A DNA stretch of 63,961 bases, counting the filler, from Trichomonas gallinae (taxonomy: Eukaryota): the NCBI GenBank assembly GCA_008369845.1. It is 4 parts of 4 records of this genome, joined end to end, with 100 filler letters (N's around TTAATTAATTAA, not from the genome) between each part and the next. Parts side by side here need not be neighbours in the genome. Positions count along the whole stretch, not along the records: positions 1 to 25,614 come from MRSU01001133.1; 3 more parts are not named here. One strand, 5' to 3'. The position numbers were made by a program, and so were the translations under genes. The notes beneath the pieces are model-generated. The model searched no databases. It worked only from the letters and a program-made list of their open reading frames with translations, and was not told the origin of the DNA. Numbering within the stretch: position 1 is the first letter of the stretch; every line of letters begins with the position of its first letter. Shown here piece after piece: positions 1 through 8,922 of the stretch.

Positions 1-2
1 TT

Positions 3-1967
3 TCGTATTCCGAATCTAAAACACGTTTGGCGACATCTTCCATTTACGAAATTTACACAAAGGACACTATCTACACAAGCACATGGACAACTCTTGCGAA
101 TGGTGCACCATCATTTACATTCACAGTTGCGGATACTTACTACTACACATTCAAGGATTACGCTACTAACGATCCAATTGAAACTGTTTCGTATGTCTCA
201 ATTTACACTAGCGGTAGTATTAACACAGTATATGAAAAATATACTGAGACCTCTATCACTGCTTATGCTTTCACATACAGTCTCACAGATGGAGCTTTCA
301 CAATTACTTCAAAGAACACACTGACTGACACCATTGTATATATAGGTACTCAATATAACGGTGGTGATTATATCTCAGTTCTTTATTACACTGCCAAGGA
401 AACAATGTATATCACGAATATCAACGGCCAAGTTACTGGTCTATGGACGGTTACTCACGTTCCATCAATAACAAAAACCCTCACAACTGCAACCCTAACA
501 GTTTACCCATCAACAAGCTCTATTTCTACAACCATGCAAGTAACATCTAAGGCAGGTGGACAAGTATATACAGCGATTAAATCCAAACTTCCACCAGCAA
601 CTCCTTTGCCTTCACCAAAGGCAACACCCAATCCATCTCTCGCTCCAGGTATGACATGGGTTGAGGAGCCATCATACTTGCCAACATTTACAAGTACAAA
701 TATTTCGACAATCACATCCAGTAAGACAATTATCTTGCCAGGTACTGAATATTACATCCCAACCGTGACAATGGCCAATACATCTACATTCACGCTTGTG
801 AGTGAAGATGGCACATTAGTTGACAAGTATACATTAACAGAAGCGCCAGTCATCACAATCACTGTTACTAAAATCTCTGGCGATCCAAAAGTTCCAACAG
901 AAATCTCAGCTGCCACTATCACAACAACCTCTGGCGAAACATCGACTCTTATCCCAACATCAACAATCACTACATCAAAGTCAGGAGATGCCGAACTTAC
1001 CGGTACAACCATTTCGGTTTCTTCTGCGACAGAGAAAAATACAATTATTTCCACTTTATCATCGATTTACACAGAGGTTCCATCTGGAAAGACAACCATC
1101 TTTACAAACACGGAAGTTCCTACGGAAATATACACAACTGTTCCTATCCCAGGTAGAGAAGATGAATATACAACAACATTTACTGTTACTCTCACAGACT
1201 CAATCACAATGACTGAAACAACTTACACAGGTGGTTATACATACATAGACACAATATCAACCACAAACACATATACACTTACCGCAACATTATCGCTAAC
1301 AGATACTGCCACTTATTTCATTGTACCAGTTCCAACAAGGTCACCTCTACCTACGGCGACCCCTCTGCCAACAAAGTCTCCATTGCCGTCACCTAAACCA
1401 TCACCATCACAATCTCCAGTTCCTAGACGTACACTTGAACCAGATGGCAAGGTCCCAGTAACAATGACTGAATCAGAAACAGAAACTATATCATATACAA
1501 ATATTAAGACATTGTCCGAAACCGAATCCGAGGTAATTATTGAAAACGGCAAGAAATCTACGGTCAAGTATATTACTGAGATCGAGATCAGAACCACAAC
1601 TTATGTCATTACTAAGACAAGCGTCCAGACTGAGAAACAAGACACGACACAAGGTGAGAAGAAGAGCAATATGCTTCCAATCATCATCGGCGCTGTATGC
1701 GGTGGTCTCCTCCTGATCATCATCATCATTGTCCTCGTTGTCCTCCTAATGAAGAATAAGGGCGAAGAGGACTCAAGCGATTCTGCAGTCGAGATGAACG
1801 AAGAAACAGTTCTTCATATCCCAGATTCATCCAACACAGGCCCAATGACAAACGACAACCCACTTTGGACAACGTCAGTTTTGGGAGAGACAGACGATCC
1901 ATTCAACAAGGACTTCGAAGAAGATGCAATTGAGGGATTCTTCAACGTACATAATGCTCAGGAGTAA
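3..1967 (+). CDS. Thr/Ser-rich type I surface membrane protein, 5'-truncated by the window edge
   Basis: Frame is open from base 3, so the TTG at 27 is not the true start. It has a Thr-rich ectodomain, P/S/T linkers, one hydrophobic TM segment (IIIGAVCGGLLLIIIIIVLVVLLM) and an acidic tail with NDNPLW...DDPFNKDFEE, typical of trichomonad surface-protein tails. Confidence 0.8.
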   Translation, partial: SYSESKTRLATSSIYEIYTKDTIYTSTWTTLANGAPSFTFTVADTYYYTFKDYATNDPIETVSYVSIYTSGSINTVYEKYTETSITAYAFTYSLTDGAFTITSKNTLTDTIVYIGTQYNGGDYISVLYYTAKETMYITNINGQVTGLWTVTHVPSITKTLTTATLTVYPSTSSISTTMQVTSKAGGQVYTAIKSKLPPATPLPSPKATPNPSLAPGMTWVEEPSYLPTFTSTNISTITSSKTIILPGTEYYIPTVTMANTSTFTLVSEDGTLVDKYTLTEAPVITITVTKISGDPKVPTEISAATITTTSGETSTLIPTSTITTSKSGDAELTGTTISVSSATEKNTIISTLSSIYTEVPSGKTTIFTNTEVPTEIYTTVPIPGREDEYTTTFTVTLTDSITMTETTYTGGYTYIDTISTTNTYTLTATLSLTDTATYFIVPVPTRSPLPTATPLPTKSPLPSPKPSPSQSPVPRRTLEPDGKVPVTMTESETETISYTNIKTLSETESEVIIENGKKSTVKYITEIEIRTTTYVITKTSVQTEKQDTTQGEKKSNMLPIIIGAVCGGLLLIIIIIVLVVLLMKNKGEEDSSDSAVEMNEETVLHIPDSSNTGPMTNDNPLWTTSVLGETDDPFNKDFEEDAIEGFFNVHNAQE

Positions 1968-2069
1968 AATCCATTTGATTTTTCTCTAATTTTTATTTTT
2001 TTTTGTCAAATCTGATGGTTCTAATATAGAAAAATAGAATGTTTTTGCTATTTATTTCATTTTTCTTCA

Positions 2070-5000
2070 ATGCAAAACTCGATTTCTTTGATATTATCGC
2101 AAACTGCAAAATTCTGTGGAAGTACTGCGTGTGATTCAAAGGAATTTGAGAATCTTGTTAATGCAACACCGTTGCAAAAACTAACAAGTGAAGAAATCGC
2201 AAATTTTAATCTTCAAATAGAAAAAAACGAAAAGCCAGGCAAAGCTGTATGCCAATGTGGATTTTCTTTTCCATTTCAACCAAATATCTTCCGGAAAATC
2301 ATGTCTATTCAGTTCGAAGATCCATATTTTATAATTTTATACGCGTTAAATTCCTATATTTCGTGGATCATTTTCTTCGAAAGGATACAATCTGTACGAT
2401 ATATCGATGAAATCATCACAACACTGTGCGATACAAATATAATCGCAAATAATCTGATAAAAGCAAAAAAATCTCAAGTTAGGAAGAGCAGAGACTCTAT
2501 AGATCCTCTGTTGTTCCCAGAATTAACGTCTAACTCATTTTTTCTCATGTATTCAATGCTATTAGATTCAAAAATTTACCAATTCGGGGAATTATTCTTC
2601 ACCGTTTTCGAGAAGTTTATATCATACAATATTGGACATGCTAATATGATTTTTAAGTATCTTTGTCAAACAATTGCCCATATTATTGAAAAACCCGTGG
2701 AACTTAATATTTTATTTAAATTGATATCATCGACAATTAAGTTAGCAGCTACAAATAACATATCAGTAGATTCACACATCATAGACAACATTATTAAAGC
2801 AATCGCAAATTTATTAATAGAAATGAATACAGAAGCGCTTCGCTTATTCGAACAGTTAATTCCACTTTGCAATATTAATGACCATGATTTCATATTTAAT
2901 CAAATTTCTGTTACAATTGTTCGAATTATTCTCGATGGAAGCGAAACAATGGAATGGCCAACTCAGCACGCTCCAGTAGTCAAGGTAGACGCCCAGATAG
3001 GCAACACTTTGTCCACATCCGTCACAAACAGGACATTTAAGGGTGGATTACCAAAACTCATCCAATTTCCAATTGAACGCGACAGTGACTATGCCAGCTT
3101 TTGTACTGCCGCAACTCTCGATAAGATTTCGTTATTTTTGACTTCTATTTCGGATTATGAATCAACATCAGTTATTTTCGTTAAATCGTTGTTCGATGAG
3201 GTCGCTAAATACAAGGAACTCGAAAAATTACCTCAAGTTTATTCATTACTGATCTTTGTTTGTCAAAATCTTTTATCTTCTCTTTCTAATTTCCAAGCAG
3301 CTGTTTTTCTTGCAAAATCAGCCATATTTGATCCATCTATATCTGTTTTCGATTCCCCAGAACATTTTAAGACAATCAGCAGACTGAGATTGGAAACAAT
3401 CACAATTTCCATTAAACAAGGCGCAGATTCATTCAACAACTTTATGACTTATATCTCATATTATCCAAAACTGACTGCTGAAGTGTTCTACAGAATGATT
3501 GGAATTCATTCGCTTTATTATTTGCTGATTAAACAAGATCCAAGGGCAATACGCGGTCTAGTGCACTCACTAAACTATTACACACAGCTCCATGTCACAG
3601 AAAAAGGCGATGTTGAAGAAATAGAAAGAACAAGAACTGCGCAGTTCACTTTTCTACAGCAAATGCTGTCTAAAAAGAGTATTGGCGACATATTGTACCA
3701 AGACATGGAGTTTGCGAACCTTTTTGTCTCATTTATTTTTGAAAACGCGCTAAGACAGTTTATACTAGCGACACTTCTTCAATACTTTAAAATTGCTGAT
3801 CCAAATGAGCTAAATTATGTTATAGGACCGTTAGTTACAGTTTTCGCTAATACAAAAAATGATTTTTTAAATCCAGATTTTCTTTCGCTTATTCATGACA
3901 CAGTTGTGATGCTTTCCGAATTGCACCATACAAGGAAAGGAATTTCATCCGTTGTCGGCCCGATTCACGAAGGAATTAACATAATGATTCATCTGATGCC
4001 GCCGAATTCTGATACAGAGAAGATTATGTTTACGTGCATCAACTTGTTCACAGAGGCTGGTGATGAAAACATGCTCACAGCCGAGTCAATGACAATGCTT
4101 AGCGATTCAATTATTAATTTTTACAAAGGAAACCCGACAAGTGGACTTTATCACAAATTGATACAATTGTTTATCGGAGACACATCTTCTGAACAGAAGC
4201 CAGAGTTCGAAATCAAAAATAGAACATGTATGAATTTGTTATATCAAGTTTTCATTAATTCTACACATAGCACTAAGCTCCTTGACTTCTTCTCGAAGCT
4301 TTTTGACTTCAAATTAACGAATTGCATCATTGCTCATAAAGTTAAATTCGATTTACTGCTTTGCCAAACAATCAGCGATTTTAGATCAGAGAAAGAAGAT
4401 GATATTGAAAAATTAGACAAAGTTCTCCATCTTTTTAAGCAGATTACCATACGTTCTACCTCACAAAAAGTTATTTCTTCTTATCTTTGTAATTTAGCTC
4501 CATTTTCCGCATCAAAGTATCACAATCGGTTTGTTAGGTGCTTATACGACATCATTTATGCTCAATATCAGTCATTTAACCTTTCATTCTTTTTGAATAA
4601 TGAAAAATCGGCCCTTGCATCGTCTTTTCACTCATCAGCCAACTCATTCGTCTTTTGGCTGTCGTTAAATATCGAGTTCGATGGAAAAAGCGAAATAATG
4701 GAAATTCATTCTCAAGGATTGATCATAAAAGTGTTGATAAACAACAATAAAATGTCGATTTTCATCGATAACAACAAAATATCCGTTGAAATTGGCCCAA
4801 TAACCAAGCTTTTTTGGCATTTTGTTTGCATCACAATAGAATGCAATGAAAACAAGTTTAAAATCAGCACAACGATTGATTTCCAAAGCAATGTCGTTAA
4901 TTACACCATAGAAAACACTTCACAGCAAGAAACATATGTTTCATTAAAGAAATGCGATGCAGAAATCTCATATGTTGCCATTTTCCCGCCAATTAAGCAC

Positions 5001-7172
5001 GAATACAAATCATTATATTCACTAGGACCATACACAGTAATTTCTCAACAACAATCTGTTCTTACGTCAATGCAAAAACCAAAAATTGCGCACGAAATGA
5101 AAGATCTTAAGATTCATGAAAAGTCCATCTCATCAATTTTAGCGAAAAAGTCTAATTTTCTTCCACTGATTAAATTCGCAAAGTCAGCAGCATCAGACAC
5201 AGAATCTACAGTTTTATATGTGTCCATATTCACGAAATTAATGTCATTTAACAAGGAAGGGCAAGAAAAATTTTTGGAAATTTCTTTCATGCAAAGTTTT
5301 TCTCATTCACTTCGCGAAAAACCGTCAGAATTCTTGTCATACGAGTTTTATCTTTCGCTTTACAATTTCTTCATCTCGATGACAAACAACGAGCTCAAAG
5401 ACGCAACATTTAAGTACATTCTGACTGAGCCATTGATATGGAACAAAGCGCAAAAGACAGTCCACGAGATGATAGTTAACCACTGGGCGAGAGTTCTGTA
5501 TAAATCATATATGCCTAGAGCTGCAGAAATAAGAAACTTTTCACAGCTTTTTGAGCATTTTTCGTCGAATTTTTCGAAGCTATCTAGGGCCAGCTATCAA
5601 TCCGTTTTAATTACTGTTGCATCAGAGGAGTTCACTATCAGCGACTTCACCATGATAATCGCATGCTGCAGTACTGCCAACAACGAAGAAATCGAAATTT
5701 ACTTACTGCAGTTTTTAAACATTTTGATGCTCGAAATTCCAGAAAAATTCAAGACGATGCAAATGGATATAGAAAGGATTTCTGCGTTCCAGCTGCTGAT
5801 TAACAACTGCAGCCCAATTATTCTCCCTTCAGTTATTGAGTCAGTTGTCCAGTTCGAGAGATTAACTGATGATTCACATCTGGTTTCCCACCTTGATGCG
5901 ATTCTGTATCATATGGTTCCTGAAAAGTGCACTGATCTTTTCTGTCAGAAGATTGCAGACATGCTGATGACTGACACGCCAGAGCTGCTATCCATGAACT
6001 GCTGGGCATGCGTTCACTGCCAAAAATACGACCAGAGCACTTTACAAAATGCGTTGGAATCTTGTGAACCGATTAAAAAAGGCGCGTGGATGTTCTGGCC
6101 GCTTGTTTTAGCTATAAGAGTGCCAAAGATGTCCGACAGTGTCATCAAGTTCTTGTTTAGAGTCACAAAAGAGAAGTGGTACACAATCATTCCAAACGCG
6201 TTTGCAACATGCTCAGCTTGTGATGTTAAATGCGAAGAATTTATCTCCGATGTTTTGTTTTCGATACTCGGACAGAAATTCAGCACGCATCACATGGATT
6301 TCGCTGACATCATCGATATTGTGACGTGGTACATCTCACATAACGATATTCCATCAGAAGACTCGCTTTTCATCACGATGCTTAAACAGGATAAGTCAGG
6401 AATGGTTGTATTAAATCACAACGATTTCGTTACTAACAGCAAAAGCACAGAACTCACTGCGAGTCCGCTCAGTGTCCACAGAACTAAAAGATTCAAGCGG
6501 AAAGGCTCTGTTTACCAAAATAACTCAAGCAGCGAGCTCAGTTTATACAGGACTGAGAGCGCTGACGTTTTTCTTGGCTTCAACAAGAAGAGAGTTAAAA
6601 AAGGGCCGGAATCAACAATCGCAATCAACGACTTGAAAAGAGTTGTTTTGGGAAATGACCAGGCGATGATAAAGTTCGGAATGCGCGTAGATGCAAATGG
6701 CGTCTGGATGGATTTGTCGCTCGCAATTTCCCTTTGCGATTACGTGACGAAAATATGCGAAACATCGCAGCAAAGTTTAAGTGATGAAACAGTAGATAAG
6801 ATTATCTGGACTCTTGTTTACATTGCCAGGTATGACACATCAATCGTCAAGCGCTGCATATCTGCAATTCTGTCAAATAAAGACGCCCAAACATTGGCAG
6901 GAATTTATAAAGTTACTTCAACAGATTCTTTCAGAAAACTGCATGAAGCTCCTCAAAGATCTGACCTCGTCGAAGAAATATTTGAGACAGAGACAGGGAA
7001 ACTTAGAAAAACGCTATCTAAGCTCTTCGACGTTTTACTCCCAAAGTTCACGAAAGGAGTGATGCACACAATATCGGAATACGATGAAATAGAGAAAGCA
7101 CGCCAGAGATATACACGACAAATCATAGAAGAGTGCAGTTGTGCTCACACGAATCTCCTCAAAATGCTTTAA
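2070..7172 (+). CDS. Large helical protein resembling the N-terminal part (ConA-like + ARM) of Beige/BEACH-family proteins, with no BEACH domain visible
   Basis: 1700-aa ORF with Inr-like TCATTTT at 2057. Contains a beta-rich ConA-like segment (SFVFWL...FWHFVCITI), 'ILTEPLIW...VNHW' and 'FGMRVDANGVWMDLSLA', motifs recalled from neurobeachin-like proteins. Confidence 0.55.
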   Translation: MQNSISLILSQTAKFCGSTACDSKEFENLVNATPLQKLTSEEIANFNLQIEKNEKPGKAVCQCGFSFPFQPNIFRKIMSIQFEDPYFIILYALNSYISWIIFFERIQSVRYIDEIITTLCDTNIIANNLIKAKKSQVRKSRDSIDPLLFPELTSNSFFLMYSMLLDSKIYQFGELFFTVFEKFISYNIGHANMIFKYLCQTIAHIIEKPVELNILFKLISSTIKLAATNNISVDSHIIDNIIKAIANLLIEMNTEALRLFEQLIPLCNINDHDFIFNQISVTIVRIILDGSETMEWPTQHAPVVKVDAQIGNTLSTSVTNRTFKGGLPKLIQFPIERDSDYASFCTAATLDKISLFLTSISDYESTSVIFVKSLFDEVAKYKELEKLPQVYSLLIFVCQNLLSSLSNFQAAVFLAKSAIFDPSISVFDSPEHFKTISRLRLETITISIKQGADSFNNFMTYISYYPKLTAEVFYRMIGIHSLYYLLIKQDPRAIRGLVHSLNYYTQLHVTEKGDVEEIERTRTAQFTFLQQMLSKKSIGDILYQDMEFANLFVSFIFENALRQFILATLLQYFKIADPNELNYVIGPLVTVFANTKNDFLNPDFLSLIHDTVVMLSELHHTRKGISSVVGPIHEGINIMIHLMPPNSDTEKIMFTCINLFTEAGDENMLTAESMTMLSDSIINFYKGNPTSGLYHKLIQLFIGDTSSEQKPEFEIKNRTCMNLLYQVFINSTHSTKLLDFFSKLFDFKLTNCIIAHKVKFDLLLCQTISDFRSEKEDDIEKLDKVLHLFKQITIRSTSQKVISSYLCNLAPFSASKYHNRFVRCLYDIIYAQYQSFNLSFFLNNEKSALASSFHSSANSFVFWLSLNIEFDGKSEIMEIHSQGLIIKVLINNNKMSIFIDNNKISVEIGPITKLFWHFVCITIECNENKFKISTTIDFQSNVVNYTIENTSQQETYVSLKKCDAEISYVAIFPPIKHEYKSLYSLGPYTVISQQQSVLTSMQKPKIAHEMKDLKIHEKSISSILAKKSNFLPLIKFAKSAASDTESTVLYVSIFTKLMSFNKEGQEKFLEISFMQSFSHSLREKPSEFLSYEFYLSLYNFFISMTNNELKDATFKYILTEPLIWNKAQKTVHEMIVNHWARVLYKSYMPRAAEIRNFSQLFEHFSSNFSKLSRASYQSVLITVASEEFTISDFTMIIACCSTANNEEIEIYLLQFLNILMLEIPEKFKTMQMDIERISAFQLLINNCSPIILPSVIESVVQFERLTDDSHLVSHLDAILYHMVPEKCTDLFCQKIADMLMTDTPELLSMNCWACVHCQKYDQSTLQNALESCEPIKKGAWMFWPLVLAIRVPKMSDSVIKFLFRVTKEKWYTIIPNAFATCSACDVKCEEFISDVLFSILGQKFSTHHMDFADIIDIVTWYISHNDIPSEDSLFITMLKQDKSGMVVLNHNDFVTNSKSTELTASPLSVHRTKRFKRKGSVYQNNSSSELSLYRTESADVFLGFNKKRVKKGPESTIAINDLKRVVLGNDQAMIKFGMRVDANGVWMDLSLAISLCDYVTKICETSQQSLSDETVDKIIWTLVYIARYDTSIVKRCISAILSNKDAQTLAGIYKVTSTDSFRKLHEAPQRSDLVEEIFETETGKLRKTLSKLFDVLLPKFTKGVMHTISEYDEIEKARQRYTRQIIEECSCAHTNLLKML

Positions 7173-7367
7173 ATATTATTTTTGTTTGTTTGTATTGTTA
7201 AATTTTCCATTCTTATCATTAATAGCCAAAATTTTCTAGACTTATAACGATTATCAAAACATCATTTTGCTATAAATACATGTTATAAGAGATATTATGA
7301 AAGCAATATAATTTTAATCAGGTAAACAATTATTAGTTTTAGTATAAAAAGAACTCTATTTTTATCT

Positions 7368-8666
7368 TTATTTAAGCTTGAAAATTTTCTCGTTGATTTC
7401 TTTGATAATTTTCTTCTCGTTTTCGTCAGCAACCTGGTTGAGAGTGTCAACGAGATCAGAGAAATGCGCCAGCTTCAATTTGCGGAGATATTCATCGCTC
7501 CAGTTCGTAAAAGCTGGCAAAAACTGAAGAGCTTCATGCGGGAAGTATTTCAGTATCGACAAAAGTTTTGGTAGAGCGGCAATCAATGACTTATTCGCGC
7601 ACAAAAAGTCAGCATCTCTCAGCCACATTGCAATGATTGAAAGCAAGCATTTTAGTTCTCTTCTATCTTTATCTCTCTCTCCTTGTGCTGCTTTGATGAT
7701 CTCCATTGCGTCCATGATTATCGTGTTCAAGCAGCTGAAGTATTCATTGACTTCTGCGTCATTTAGTTGTTCTTCGTTTTCAAGCAGAGGAAAAACTCCG
7801 CATTCCATCAGTTCTGCTGCGGCTGCTGTTAGATCTGGGTTAATGAGCGGCCCTATGTTTGAGGAGAACTTCATGCCTGGCATCGGCTCTGGGAGCTCGA
7901 AATCTTCTTCTCCGTCATCTTCGTAAACATCATTTACGTCTCTTTTCGGTAATTTCTCATCATTTTTCCTTTCTTCTCTTTCCTGCTGCTCTATTTCCTT
8001 GTAATTCAATGGAACATCGAGTTGCAGGCGAATTTCGATGAATGATAATCTTAATGCAGCGAGAAATGGCGGCAAATCGATCTTGTTTGGCGCTGAGTAG
8101 ATTGCAAACAGTCCATTTGTTAGTTTACACATGTGAGCAATGATCAAAAATATATATCTTCTATTATTCAAATCTTCATTTTTCGCAACTTCTTCTAAAC
8201 ATTGTTTTCTAAGGTTATATACGTTATTATCAAGAGTGCACTTCTTTGGGCCGTCAGTTACTGCAGCTATCAATGGAAGATTTTCAATTTTGAATTCATA
8301 ATTTTTAATAAATTCAGATGCATCGTCCATATTCTGGCACAAGTCTACAATTATCGAAGCAGATCCTTCTACAGATAAAGTGTCCTTTAATAATGGAATG
8401 AAAGGTTTTATTTCGTTTTTAGGCACAAAACCATTAAAAACAGATAAAATGGCAATGACAAGTGGCTGTGTTTGCTCCATTTTCAATGCTCTTTCTAAAA
8501 ATTGAGTAGATCTGAGCGCATTCCAAATTTCAATCGATTTTTCTGAGTTTTTCAGGTCTTCTGGTTTCGGAAATAGCTTCACCAGATACATTAATGCGGC
8601 TAATTTATCATTGTCATTTGATGATTTTAAATTTTTAATAATTTTATTAATCGCTTTAGCACTCAT
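7368..8666 (-). CDS. Neurochondrin-like ARM protein
   Basis: ATG at 8666. The N-terminus 'LKSSNDNDKLAALMYLVKL...IWNAL...FLERAL' parallels neurochondrin 'NDSEQFAALLLVTK...IFDAVG..FPNRLL'. C-terminal 'IIAMWLRD' and 'ALQFLPAF' also fit. Confidence 0.65.
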   Translation of the reverse strand: MSAKAINKIIKNLKSSNDNDKLAALMYLVKLFPKPEDLKNSEKSIEIWNALRSTQFLERALKMEQTQPLVIAILSVFNGFVPKNEIKPFIPLLKDTLSVEGSASIIVDLCQNMDDASEFIKNYEFKIENLPLIAAVTDGPKKCTLDNNVYNLRKQCLEEVAKNEDLNNRRYIFLIIAHMCKLTNGLFAIYSAPNKIDLPPFLAALRLSFIEIRLQLDVPLNYKEIEQQEREERKNDEKLPKRDVNDVYEDDGEEDFELPEPMPGMKFSSNIGPLINPDLTAAAAELMECGVFPLLENEEQLNDAEVNEYFSCLNTIIMDAMEIIKAAQGERDKDRRELKCLLSIIAMWLRDADFLCANKSLIAALPKLLSILKYFPHEALQFLPAFTNWSDEYLRKLKLAHFSDLVDTLNQVADENEKKIIKEINEKIFKLK

Positions 8667-8752
8667 TTTAAAAATTAAACCAAAAACAATGAAATACACG
8701 TTAATGTGATATTATAATTGTAATAATTTTTGATATTAAAAATTTTAGTATT

Positions 8753-8914
8753 TTTGGCATGTAAAGTATAAATTTGCCAAGTAAAATTACGACTGTGTTT
8801 TGACATGTAAAATCAATAATTTGCCAAGTAAAATATATATCTTGACATGTAAATTGATATTTGTCACATAAAATAATCATTTTGTCATGTAAAATATCAT
8901 TTTGTCGTGTAAAA
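8753..8914. repeat. Array of 8 degenerate TTTGnCATGTAAA units (~21-bp period) in a divergent promoter
   Basis: Units start at about 8753, 8773, 8799, 8820, 8841, 8860, 8881 and 8901. Confidence 0.85.
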
Positions 8915-8922
8915 TAATTTTT

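Noticed and set aside
8753..8914. CRISPR array
   Set aside because: Repeats are ~13 bp and degenerate, spacers are ~8 bp, there are no cas genes, and the context is eukaryotic.
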